From NCBI GenBank assembly GCA_965224085.1, contig CBDCYI010000005.1, positions 1,632,001 to 1,696,000 of the forward strand: a stretch of DNA of 64,000 bases, given 5' to 3'. Under the pieces are notes generated by a model. It did no database searches, was not told the DNA's origin, and worked only from the letters and a program-made list of their open reading frames with translations. The stretch is from Candidatus Marinacidobacterales bacterium (lineage in GTDB: Bacteria > Acidobacteriota > Vicinamibacteria > Marinacidobacterales > SMYC01). The position numbers and the translations under genes were made by a program. Positions 9,507 through 20,373 of the stretch are shown here, one piece after another; position 1 is the first letter of the stretch; each line of letters begins with the position of its first letter.

Positions 9507-10897
9507 GGGTCGCGCCCGAGCTTCTCGTCGCTCCTCTCCACGAGCTATCCGCACTCCTCGACAAAGGAGAGATCACTTCCGAGGAGCTCGTCCGAGCCAC
9601 GATTGAACGGACCGAGGCGCTCGAGCCCGAGCTCAACAGTTACATCACGTTTCTTCCCGAGCGTGCGCTCGAAGCGTCACGCCGCTCGGATGAACAACGA
9701 CGGCGCGGCGAAAGCAAAAGCCTACTTCACGGCATCCCGATAAGCTTGAAGGACGTGTTCGACACCGCGGAGATCGCGACCACGGCGGGCGCGCGCTTTC
9801 TGAAGAACCACGAGCCGACAACGGACGCTGAAGTCACCCGACGCCTCGACGAGGCCGGCACGATCCTTATGGGAAAAGCCAACTTGAACAAGTTCGCAGG
9901 CGGCGAGTCAGGCGAGAACCCCGACTTCGGCAACATGCGGAATCCGTGGAATCGCAATTATTCGCCGAGCGGATCGAGCGGCGGCTCAGCGGCGCAAGTC
10001 GCCACGGGCCTCGCGGCGCTCTCTGTCGGTTCGGATAACGGCGGCTCCGTCCGAAACCCCGCCTCGGTATGTAACGTCGTCGGGCTCAAACCGACCCACG
10101 GCCGCATCAGCACCGAGGGGATGTTTCCTCGGGCTTATTCGATCGATCACGCGGGTCCGATCACGCGCACCGTGAAAGACGCCGCCATCGTGATGCGCGT
10201 GCTCGCCGGGCACCGCGACGGCGACACGACGACGAGCCGGCGCGGTGTCCCCGACTACGAGGCGGAGCTCGACGGGTCGGTGCGCGGCACGAAGCTGGGC
10301 ATCGATCGCGAGCTTGCGCGCGTCGCCGAGCCCGCGGTCACGCGCATCTTCGAGCGCGCCCTCAGAAAGCTCGAAGAGATCGGCTGCGAGATCGTCGACC
10401 TCAGCCTCCCGACGCCAGAAGAGATGACAGAGGCGATGTATCTCATCTTTTTGTGCGAGTGGGGCGCCGGACACGAGCCGTGGATGCGGGACCGACCCGA
10501 AGAATATGGAGGCGGTGCGCGCGGCGCGCTCTTGATTCCGGCTGTCGACTATCTGAAAGCACAGCGCGAGCGGCGTACGTTTCAAGTACGGGCAGCTCAG
10601 GCGATGAAGGGCGTTGATCTTCTCCTCTCGCCGACCTATCCGATTGCGCAGCGCTCGCATCGCGGGCTCCCCTCGATCGCGGGACGGCGTCTCGACACCA
10701 TGGACGTGCTACGGTTCACGATGCCTTACGATCTGCTCGGGCTCCCGGCGGTGTCGCTACCTGGCGGCTTCGCGAAAGACGATGCGCCGGTGGGCATCCA
10801 AATCGCTGGGAGGGCGTTTCAAGAGGCTCGCGTGCTGCGCACGGCCTATGCTTACGAGCAAGCGACGGATTGGCACTTGCGACATCCTGATATCTAA
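9503..10897 (+). CDS. Amidase signature family protein (GatA/AtzE-like)
   Basis: LHGIPISLKD, PSGSSGGS, GSDNGGSVRNPAS, GLKPT; GGAGG at 9491 before GTG 9503. Confidence 0.92.
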   Translation: MRVAPELLVAPLHELSALLDKGEITSEELVRATIERTEALEPELNSYITFLPERALEASRRSDEQRRRGESKSLLHGIPISLKDVFDTAEIATTAGARFLKNHEPTTDAEVTRRLDEAGTILMGKANLNKFAGGESGENPDFGNMRNPWNRNYSPSGSSGGSAAQVATGLAALSVGSDNGGSVRNPASVCNVVGLKPTHGRISTEGMFPRAYSIDHAGPITRTVKDAAIVMRVLAGHRDGDTTTSRRGVPDYEAELDGSVRGTKLGIDRELARVAEPAVTRIFERALRKLEEIGCEIVDLSLPTPEEMTEAMYLIFLCEWGAGHEPWMRDRPEEYGGGARGALLIPAVDYLKAQRERRTFQVRAAQAMKGVDLLLSPTYPIAQRSHRGLPSIAGRRLDTMDVLRFTMPYDLLGLPAVSLPGGFAKDDAPVGIQIAGRAFQEARVLRTAYAYEQATDWHLRHPDI

Positions 10898-11087
10898 CCC
10901 TAATCGCAAATAAACGTCACCGTGTCTGAGGTCTTTGGCCCCCGTGAATAGCACCTTTTCCAGGTTCTGCATACACCGTGCAGAATCACCTATAGTGGCG
11001 GCGAGCGGGTGCCCCAGCACGAGCTTCTCGCCTGCGCCCAGTGCGGCTGTTTCGCGTTTTCGTGCTTCGAAGATTTTGCGATTAGGG
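10898..11087. mobile_element. MITE family B (190 bp)
   Basis: Perfect 13-bp TIR CCCTAATCGCAAA (10898-10910) / TTTGCGATTAGGG (11075-11087); CTAA on both flanks. Confidence 0.8.
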
Positions 11088-11134
11088 CTAATATCTAGGA
11101 GGGCCCGCGTGGACCCTAACTTTTGGAGCTGAAC

Positions 11135-12458
<1,324 letters not shown>

Positions 12459-13545
12459 TGCCTTGGTGCACAACTCCGATAGAGGCCGAGAGCTCGCTTG
12501 GCCCCGACTCCCATCATCCGATCATCTCGCTATCAGGCATCCCGAGCGCCGTCATGGTGTTGAGAATCTTGCACCCGATCCTTGCCTCGACTCTCTGTGC
12601 CGCCAACCCTCTCGCTCGCATCGCTGAGCCCACGATAGCCTTGTAGCGATGGAACGTTGTCTCGACTTTGCTCCGTTTGCTGTAGCCCGATTCTGTGTGC
12701 CACTTTCGTTTGCCGAGCCGAGCTTGTGCTGCAATGTTGCGATTGCGCTGTCGGCTGCTCGCCGGCCCCGATGCGAGCTGGGCGCCCTTGCGCGGCGGTA
12801 TCAGCACCCTCGGCGAGCGATGAGCGCTGTGATTCTCGATTGCCTCATAGACGCCGCTGGCGTCGTATGCGGTGTCAGCTCTGGCCGATGAGATGGGACT
12901 GTCGCTCTGTCCGACAAGCGATGCAACCCGCGATGAATCGCGGGCTCTTTTGCTCGTCAGCTCGCAGGCGACGACTTCGCCAGTCTGCTCGTCGACACAC
13001 AGATGGAGCTTGCGATAGTCCCTGCTATTTGGTGCTCTGCGCAGCTGGCCGGCGTGGACAGCGAGACCGCTGCTGTCGATCAAGATGTGCAACGGCGTCT
13101 TCTGCTTGTCTTGGTAGAAGGGGACCTTACCCAGCTTCACCTTGCGCCTCGAGATCGTGGTGTGATCGGGCACATCATTGTCTAGCTTCATCAGAGCGAA
13201 CAACGACCGCAGCAATCCCTCGCTCTGTCTAGATGACAGATGAAACACCATGCCCAGGGTGACAGCCGTCTCGATGGCGTGGTTCGAGTACTTGCGTTGA
13301 CGGCCCGGTTTCCTCCTCCTCGGCCGGGGCGCGTCCCAGTTCACAAGCTTGCCGGCGGTGAGCGAGATCCAGACGGTCAGGCTCCCGCGGTTGCGTAGAC
13401 CCGCCTCATATTCACGCCAATTCCTCACGCGATAGGCCTTCTTCACATACTTCCGCTGAGTGCGTTTGAAAATGCTCATGGGGAACCTCGAATCCGTGAG
13501 TAAAGGACAATTGTGGACCGAGATCGCGAGTTGTGCACCAAGGCA
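12459..13545 (-). mobile_element. IS5 family (IS903 group), copy 1, 1087 bp
   Basis: 18-bp IR TGCCTTGGTGCACAACTC at both ends; no target duplication. Confidence 0.92.
12514..13479 (-). CDS. IS5-family (IS903 group) transposase
   Basis: YRVRNWREYE..LRNRGSLTVW, IDSSG, RKLHL, ADTAYD, YSKRSKVET. Confidence 0.92.
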   Translation of the reverse strand: MSIFKRTQRKYVKKAYRVRNWREYEAGLRNRGSLTVWISLTAGKLVNWDAPRPRRRKPGRQRKYSNHAIETAVTLGMVFHLSSRQSEGLLRSLFALMKLDNDVPDHTTISRRKVKLGKVPFYQDKQKTPLHILIDSSGLAVHAGQLRRAPNSRDYRKLHLCVDEQTGEVVACELTSKRARDSSRVASLVGQSDSPISSARADTAYDASGVYEAIENHSAHRSPRVLIPPRKGAQLASGPASSRQRNRNIAAQARLGKRKWHTESGYSKRSKVETTFHRYKAIVGSAMRARGLAAQRVEARIGCKILNTMTALGMPDSEMIG

Positions 13546-14260
13546 GCCCGTCGCCTACAAAGTACTCGCAGAGACCCTCGCCAAAGATCCGACGGCTCGC
13601 GAACAGCTGTTGCAGGAAGCGCGCGCCGCCGCGGCGCTCAACCATCCCAATATCGTCACGGTCTACGATCTCGGTTTCGATGGGGACAACGCGTTCATTT
13701 GTATGGAGCTCATCGAAGGGGAGACGTATCAAGGTATCCTTCGAAAACAAACTTGGCTCGACATTCCGGACGCGCTTCACTGCCTGGTGTCGATCTGTCA
13801 AGGCCTCGACCACGCGCATAGTCGCGGGATCATCCATCGTGACTTGAAGCCGTCGAACGTTCTGCTCACCGCCGATCGACGCGTGAAGCTCCTGGACTTC
13901 GGGCTTGCCCGCCCTGCCGAGGATGAGAAGAGCGGAGAAAGTTGGGCCTACTCGATGTCGGGGACACCGAAATACATTTCCCCGGAGGCGATTCAGGGAA
14001 AGCCAACGGACCCCCGCACCGATGTGTACTCGCTCGGCGCGACGCTCTATGAGCTCCTCACGGGCCGCGCCCCGTTTACCGAAGGCAACCTCTTGATGCA
14101 CCACCTCCATACGCTGCCCCCGCCGCTGCGGCCAAAACGCACCGAGATCAACGAGAAGCTCGAAGAGCTCGTTCTTCTTTGCCTCGCGAAGAAACCCGAA
14201 GAGCGCTTTCAGAGCGCCGGTGAGATTCTCTCCTTCGCCGGCGCCGCCCAGCTTCTCTAG
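13546..14260 (+). pseudogene. Ser/Thr protein kinase, 5'-truncated by IS
   Basis: Begins at subdomain II PVAYKVL; HRDLKPSN, DFG, GTPKYISPE, DVYSLG; Gly-rich loop missing. Confidence 0.88.
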
Positions 14261-14272
14261 CAACCCCTCCGT

Positions 14273-14323
14273 TTGACGCGCGACAACCTTTCGCGTACCA
14301 TCGATGGTGTAATAGATACACTA
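14273..14323 (+). promoter_or_regulatory. Sigma70 promoter plus NrtR operator
   Basis: TTGACG-17bp-TACCAT (14273-14301); palindrome tggtGT-aatagat-ACacta fits NrtR GT-N7-AC. Confidence 0.8.
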
Positions 14324-14346
14324 ACACCGAAGGGACGCATACACGG

Positions 14347-15015
14347 ATGGCCAAGAAAAGGCAACAGGTTCTAGTCGCAGTGGATAACTGCATTTTCACG
14401 GTCGCCGAGGGACGGCTCGACGTGCTGCTCATCCAGATGTCACAAGCCCCGTTCGACGGTGTGTGGGCGCTGCCAGGTGGGCTCATTGACGACGGCGAAA
14501 GGCTCGATGGAGCAGCGGCGCGGATTCTCGAGGAGCAGACGGGGCTGCGCCACGTCTATCTAGAGCAACTGTATAGCTTCGACGACGAGGCCAGGGACCC
14601 GAGCGGCCGGGTCGTTTCGATCGCTTATTTCTCACTCGTCCAGCGCGACGGTCTCGAACTGCGGACGACCGACAAATATCGACAAGTGCGATTTTGGAAC
14701 TCTGACGGGCTCCCGGGGAAACTTGCCTACGACCACGAGACCATTCTCGACTACGCCCGTGCGCGACTGACCGCGAAAATTCAATACACGAACGTGATGT
14801 GGTCGCTCCTCCCGGAGAAGTTCACCCTCAGCCAGCTCCAGGCGGCCTATGAAACGGTGCTGAGCCGAAGGCTCGACAAGCGGAACTTCCGCAAGAAAGT
14901 CTCGTCGCTCGGTATCGTTCAGGCGTCCGGAGAGAGATCGACCGGGGGGCGTCACCGGCCAGCGATGCTCTATCGCTTCACGAGCCGTGAGCCCGAGATC
15001 GTGGAGGGATTTTGA
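14347..15015 (+). CDS. nrtR: Nudix-related transcriptional regulator NrtR
   Basis: WALPGG, YLEQLYSF, RDP, LAYDH, FTLSQLQ, DKRNFRKK, RPAMLYRF. Confidence 0.92.
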   Translation: MAKKRQQVLVAVDNCIFTVAEGRLDVLLIQMSQAPFDGVWALPGGLIDDGERLDGAAARILEEQTGLRHVYLEQLYSFDDEARDPSGRVVSIAYFSLVQRDGLELRTTDKYRQVRFWNSDGLPGKLAYDHETILDYARARLTAKIQYTNVMWSLLPEKFTLSQLQAAYETVLSRRLDKRNFRKKVSSLGIVQASGERSTGGRHRPAMLYRFTSREPEIVEGF

Positions 15016-16040
15016 TGATACCGGAACATTTCGATCCCGAAAAAGTGGGTGATGTATTTCGCGTCCCGTACGAGAAGCTCGCCCGGGACGCTCGCCGGTG
15101 GCGCGAGCAGCACGCCGTGGCGCCGTCCTCACGTGACGCGTATCGTGTCGGGCTTCTGCTCGTGGACGTCCAGAACACATTCTGCATTCCGGAATTCGAG
15201 CTCTTTGTTGCGGGGCGATCGGGGAAGGCGGCTGTCGACGACAACAAACGGCTTTGTCGATTCATCTACGAGCATCTCGACCGCATCACGCGCATCCATG
15301 CCACGCTCGACACCCACAAAGCGATGCAGATCTTCCACAGCGCCTTTCTCGTCGACGCGGCCGGGGAGCATCCCGAGCCGATGACGGTGGTAACGCTCGA
15401 CGACGTCGCCTCCGGCCGGTGGAAGGTGAGCCCGCGCGCGGTCGAATCGATTCCAGGCTGCGACCAGAAATATCTGGAGCGCTACTGCCGGAGCCTCAGC
15501 CAGGACGGCAACTACTCCCTCATGGTGTGGCCTTACCACGCGATGCTCGGAGGTATCGGCCACGCGCTTGTCTCCGCCGTCGAGGAGGCTGTCTTCTTTC
15601 AAAACATCGTGCGCGGCGCGCAGACGTCGTTCGAAGTCAAAGGCGATCATCCGTTGACGGAGAACTACTCGGCGCTTCACCCCGAGTTCTCCACGGAATC
15701 CGGCGGGCTCGCTCCACCCAAAGACGTCGCGTTCGTCGAAGAGCTTCTCGCCTACGACGCGCTCATCGTGGCCGGTCAAGCGAAGAGTCACTGCGTCGCT
15801 TGGACCGTCGCGGACCTACTCATGGAGATCGAAAAGCGCGATCCCGGGCTCGCGCGGAAGGTCTATCTTCTCGAGGACGCGACTTCACCGGTTGTCGTTC
15901 CCGGCGTCATCGATTTCACCGAGGAGACCGATGCCGCCTTCCGAAAATTCGAAAAGGCCGGGATACATCGAGTCCTCGCTACCACGCCCCTTGACGCTTG
16001 GCCCGAGTTCCCCGCGACGCTCGAAAAGAAAAGGCGGTAG
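15012..16040 (+). CDS. pncA: Nicotinamidase-like cysteine hydrolase (isochorismatase family)
   Basis: LVDVQNTF, LDTH, WPYH, GQAKSHCV; lies between nrtR and pncB. Confidence 0.7.
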   Translation: MMIPEHFDPEKVGDVFRVPYEKLARDARRWREQHAVAPSSRDAYRVGLLLVDVQNTFCIPEFELFVAGRSGKAAVDDNKRLCRFIYEHLDRITRIHATLDTHKAMQIFHSAFLVDAAGEHPEPMTVVTLDDVASGRWKVSPRAVESIPGCDQKYLERYCRSLSQDGNYSLMVWPYHAMLGGIGHALVSAVEEAVFFQNIVRGAQTSFEVKGDHPLTENYSALHPEFSTESGGLAPPKDVAFVEELLAYDALIVAGQAKSHCVAWTVADLLMEIEKRDPGLARKVYLLEDATSPVVVPGVIDFTEETDAAFRKFEKAGIHRVLATTPLDAWPEFPATLEKKRR

Positions 16041-16042
16041 CC

Positions 16043-17272
16043 ATGCCGATCATCGAATCTCTGCTCGATGTCGATTTCTACAAGTTCACCATGGGGCAGA
16101 TGGTGTTTCTGCGCTTCCCGGACGTTGCCGTCATCTATGCTTTAACCAACCGGACGCCGCACGTGCGGCTCGCGGACATCGTCGATCGGGACGAGCTCCG
16201 CGCCGAGCTCGACCACGCGCGGAGCCTCCGGTTCAACAATAGCGAGCTCCATTATCTCCGTGGGACGAACGAATACGGGGATCGGATGTTCACTGAGAAC
16301 TACCTTCAGTTTTTGCGCGAGCTGCGGCTTCCGGACTACGAGCTCGAAGAGGTGGATGGCTGCTTTCAGATGCAGTTCCACGGCTTGTGGTCCGAAGCTA
16401 TCTACTGGGAGACGGTAGCACTCGCTCTTTTGAACGAGCTCTATAACCGAAGCCTTTTGTTAAAGCTCTCGCCTTTCGAGCAAGACCTCGTCTATGCCCG
16501 AGGCAAGCTCAGGCTTGCGGAAAAGATTCGCGTTCTGCGGGAGCGTCCGGAGATCGAGTTCATCGATTTCGGTACGAGGCGTCGCTTCAGTCGTGAGTGG
16601 CAGCACTATGTCGACCGCGTGCTCGCCGACGAGCTCCCTGGCCAGTTCGCTGGCACCTCGGCCACCGAGTCGGCGATGCTGCACGGGCTCGTCCCGATGG
16701 GAACCTCCGCGCACGAGCTCTACATGGTTATGTCGAGCATCATGCACGAATCGGACGACCGCATCCGCGCTTCACACAATCAGGTGTTGAAGGATTGGTG
16801 GGAGCTCTATGGCTGGGGGCTCTCCATCGCGTTGACGGATACTTACGGCTCGGAGTTCTTCTTTCGCGACATGACACAAGCTCAAGCGCGGGTCTGGAAG
16901 GGGCTCCGGCACGACTCAGGGGATCCGTTCGAGTTCGGCGAGCGCGCCTTGAATTTTTACGAGTCGCACGGCGTGGATCCGAAGGAGAAGCTTCTCATTT
17001 TCAGCGACGGGCTCGAGCTCGACACGATCCTCCAATTGTCCCAGCGTTTCCACGGACGGATCAAGCTGAGCTTCGGATGGGGCACGAATTTGACGAATGA
17101 TCTGGGGTTCGAACCGATCTCGATCGTGGTCAAAGCAGTGGAAGCCGACGGCCTCCGCACGGTGAAGCTCAGCGACAACCTGGCCAAAGCCACCGGCACC
17201 GAGGAAGACATCGAGCGCTTCAAACGCATTTTCGGCCACGATCATGAACACGTCGAGGCGGTCCGCTATTGA
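16043..17272 (+). CDS. pncB: Nicotinate phosphoribosyltransferase
   Basis: LLDVDFYKFTM, DFGTRRR, GTSAHE, GLRHDSGDP, FSDGL, FGWGTNLT, VKLSDN. Confidence 0.95.
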   Translation: MPIIESLLDVDFYKFTMGQMVFLRFPDVAVIYALTNRTPHVRLADIVDRDELRAELDHARSLRFNNSELHYLRGTNEYGDRMFTENYLQFLRELRLPDYELEEVDGCFQMQFHGLWSEAIYWETVALALLNELYNRSLLLKLSPFEQDLVYARGKLRLAEKIRVLRERPEIEFIDFGTRRRFSREWQHYVDRVLADELPGQFAGTSATESAMLHGLVPMGTSAHELYMVMSSIMHESDDRIRASHNQVLKDWWELYGWGLSIALTDTYGSEFFFRDMTQAQARVWKGLRHDSGDPFEFGERALNFYESHGVDPKEKLLIFSDGLELDTILQLSQRFHGRIKLSFGWGTNLTNDLGFEPISIVVKAVEADGLRTVKLSDNLAKATGTEEDIERFKRIFGHDHEHVEAVRY

Positions 17273-17423
17273 TCCGACACGAACGAGCTGTCCGTTGAGA
17301 TTCCTCTCCAGCTTCCCCAAAACGCGCGGTAGCCGGACGCGTCCGACCTCATCGCTCTTCTTCGGTTGTCACTTACGTACCGGATTTGTGCGATCCTGGG
17401 TCTGTGATATGGTCCTCGCCTGA

Positions 17424-17722
17424 ACCGACGAGCTGGCGCTCAAGCAAGAGGGCATCGACTATCTCCCCCCCAAAGTCATCGACGGCGCGGTGAAGATGCC
17501 GACCACGATACGCCCGCGCCGAAGCCGTGGCGGCTTCGGGGTGCTGATCGATCACCGGGGCCGCATCATTGCTGTGCACGTGACGCCGGACGCTAGCGAA
17601 TGGGCACCGACGATGCTGATGACCATCATACGGGCGCAGTTCCGCCCGCGCGTCTGAACGGCGTCAAGATACCGTGCCTCGTCATCGTGGGCGCGGATAC
17701 CGCTCTCGAATCGGACAATTAG
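17424..17722 (+). pseudogene. TonB C-terminal domain remnant
   Basis: FGVLIDHRGRI ... AQFR, frameshift, PARLNGVKIP; no clear start. Confidence 0.45.
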
Positions 17723-17736
17723 CGAAAGGGGAAGGC

Positions 17737-18675
17737 CTACGCTTTTGGGTGCGTTTTTTCGTAGACGTCCAATAGCCTCTGTGTCGACAGCATCGTATAT
17801 TTTTGAGTCGTCGACAAGCTTTCGTGGCCGAGGAGCTCCTGGATCGAACGCAAGTCGCAGCCACGCTCGAGCAGATGCGTCGCGAAAGCGTGTCGCAGGC
17901 TGTGTGGGGACAAGCTGGTACTAAGAGCGGCTTGCTGGAGGTAGCGATCTAGGAGCCGTCGCACCGAGCGTGATGTGAGACGGCCGCCACGCGTGTTCAG
18001 AAACAACGCGTCGGTGCCGCGTCCGGCGCGCACGAGCTTTCGTCGATCTTGCAAATAGACGCGGAGCGCGTCGGCGGCGAGCTCGCCAAAGGGTACGATG
18101 CGCTCCTTGTTGCCTTTGCCGTGGACGCGCACGAGCCTGTTGTCGAGATCGAGCGTCGCGAGGTCGAGAGAGACGAGCTCTCCCACGCGTAGGCCTGTCG
18201 CGTAAAGAATCTCGAGCATGGCGCGATCACGCCGTCCGAGCGCGGTGCACGCATCGGGGGCGTCTATAAGTCTCTCGACTTCGCTTTGCTCGAGCCGCGC
18301 GGGCACCTTCTTGTCGAGCCGCGGCGTGGCCACGAGCCGGGCCGGGTTCTTGTCGACTCTGCCTTCTCGCGTCAGATAGCGGAAAAAGGTCCGGATCGAG
18401 GCGAGCTTTCGTGCGATGGAGGAGCGGGCAATACCGTTTTTGTGAAGCTCGGCGAGAAACGCCCGGATGGTCAGCACGTCAATAGCGCTCCAGGTTTTGA
18501 CGTCGAGAGACGCTTCGGCGAAAGCACGAAACTGAAGAAGATCCGAGCGATAGTTCTTGACCGTATGCGCGGAAAGCCCGCGGCGATGCGTCAAGTCTTC
18601 GAGAAAAGACTCGATGGTCTCCGCTGCGGATCGAGCGCGAGACGTTGTTATTATTGTCATCGAACGTTGCTGCAT
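17737..18675 (-). CDS. xerC: Tyrosine recombinase XerC (exact start uncertain)
   Basis: RDRAMLEILYATGLR, GKGNKER, HSLRHAFATH, LGHESL, TTQKYT; near a trmFO remnant. Confidence 0.9.
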   Translation of the reverse strand: MQQRSMTIITTSRARSAAETIESFLEDLTHRRGLSAHTVKNYRSDLLQFRAFAEASLDVKTWSAIDVLTIRAFLAELHKNGIARSSIARKLASIRTFFRYLTREGRVDKNPARLVATPRLDKKVPARLEQSEVERLIDAPDACTALGRRDRAMLEILYATGLRVGELVSLDLATLDLDNRLVRVHGKGNKERIVPFGELAADALRVYLQDRRKLVRAGRGTDALFLNTRGGRLTSRSVRRLLDRYLQQAALSTSLSPHSLRHAFATHLLERGCDLRSIQELLGHESLSTTQKYTMLSTQRLLDVYEKTHPKA

Positions 18676-18757
18676 TGTCCCTCAGGTCTCGTTCGAAGCC
18701 AAGGTCCCCGCCCGGCCGGCAGTTGATTCGTCCGTTGGGGCCACTTAACATCACTAC

Positions 18758-18947
18758 ATGAGTCAATGCACGAAGTGTGGGCGCCATTTCCAGGGAAACG
18801 AGACCGTTTGCCCCGATGACGGCGCGATCCTCGAGGGTACCGTTAGCTTCGAGGAGCAGGCGGTCGGGAAGACGCTCGACGGCAAGTATCGGATCGATGG
18901 CTTCTTGAAGCGCGGCGGGATGGGTGCCGTTTATCGAGGCACGCATA
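18758..18947 (+). pseudogene. N-terminal fragment of a Ser/Thr kinase (Zn ribbon + subdomain I)
   Basis: CTKC...[28 protein letters not shown], then an abrupt junction. Confidence 0.85.
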
Positions 18948-19286
18948 GGACGGGGCTCACCGCGTCGTAGAAATAGAGGTAGTCGCTGCCGGTAAAAGCA
19001 TGAATGGATGCCGCGAGCGCGTCCGAAGTGAGCGGGCCTGTTGCGACGATGACGATCCCGTCCTCGGGAATCGCTGAGATCTCCTCGCGCACGATGTCGA
19101 TCGCGGGCGAAGCTTCGAGCCGCTCGGTGATGGTGCGCGAGAAAAGGTCGCGGTCGACGGCGAGCGCTTGGCCTGCCGGAACACGACTCGCTTCGGCCGC
19201 CTCGATCACGAACGAGCCGAGCCGCCGCATCTCCTCTTTGAGCAGACCGTGCGCGTTCGTCAGGTCATCGGAGCGCAGCGAGTTGC
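18948..19286 (-). pseudogene. trmFO: Internal fragment of tRNA (U54) methyltransferase TrmFO/Gid
   Basis: [44 protein letters not shown]; both ends missing. Confidence 0.9.
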
Positions 19287-20373
19287 TGCCTTGGTGCACA
19301 ACTCGCGATCTCGGTCCACAATTGTCCTGTACTCGCGGATACGAGGTTCCCCATGAGCATTTTCAAACGCACTCAGCGGAAGTATGTGAAGAAGGCCTAT
19401 CGCGTGAGGAATTGGCGTGAATATGAGGCGGGTCTACGCAACCGCGGGAGCCTGACCGTCTGGATCTCGCTCACCGCCGGCAAGCTTGTGAACTGGGACG
19501 CGCCCCGGCCAAGGAGGAGGAAACCGGGCCGTCAACGCAAGTAGTCGAACCACGCCATCGAGACGGCTGTCACCCTGGGCATGGTGTTTCATCTGTCGTC
19601 TAGGCAGAGCGAGGGATTGCTGCGATCGTTGTTCGCTCTGATGAAGCTAGACAATGATGTGCCCGATCACACCACGATCTCGAGGCGCAAGGCGAAGCTG
19701 GGTAAGGTCCCCTTCTACCAAGACAAGCAGAAGACGCCGTTGCACATCTTGATCGACAGCAGCGGTCTCGCTGTCCACGCCGGCCAGCTGCGCAGAGCAC
19801 CAAATAGCAGGGACTATCGCAAGCTCCATCTGTGTGTCGACGAGCAGAGTGGCGAAGTCGTCGCCGGCGAGCTGACGAGCAAAAGAGCCCGCGATTCATC
19901 GCGGGTTGCATCGCTTGTCGGACAGAGCGACAGTCCCATCTCATCGGCCAGAGCTGACACCGCATACGACGCCAGCGGCGTCTATGAGGCAATCGAGAAT
20001 CACAGCGCTCATCGCTCGCCGAGGGTGCTGATACCGCCGCGCAAGGGCGCCCTGCTCGCATCGGGGCCGGCGAGCAGCCGACAGCGCAATCGCAACATTG
20101 CAGCACAAGCTCGGCTCGGCAAACGAAAGTGGCACACAGAATCGGGCTACAGCAAACGGAGCAAAGTCGAGACAACGTTCCATCGCTACAAGGCTATCGT
20201 GGGCTCAGCGATGCGAGCGAGAGGGTTGGCGGCACAGAGAGTCGAGGCAAGGATCGGGTGCAAGATTCTCAACACCATGACGGCGCTCGGGATGCCTGAT
20301 AGCGAGATGATCGGATGATGGGAGTCGGGGCCAAGCGAGCTCTCGGCCTCTATCGGAGTTGTGCACCAAGGCA
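19287..20373 (+). mobile_element. IS5 family (IS903 group), copy 2, 1087 bp, inverted relative to copy 1
   Basis: Same 18-bp IRs; near-identical to 12459-13545. Confidence 0.92.
19353..20318 (+). pseudogene. IS903-group transposase with nonsense mutation
   Basis: TAC (copy 1) is TAG at 19542-19544. Confidence 0.9.

Noticed and set aside
17737-18675. Integron or phage integrase
   Set aside because: Size, motifs and trmFO proximity fit housekeeping XerC; no IntI insertion or attC sites seen
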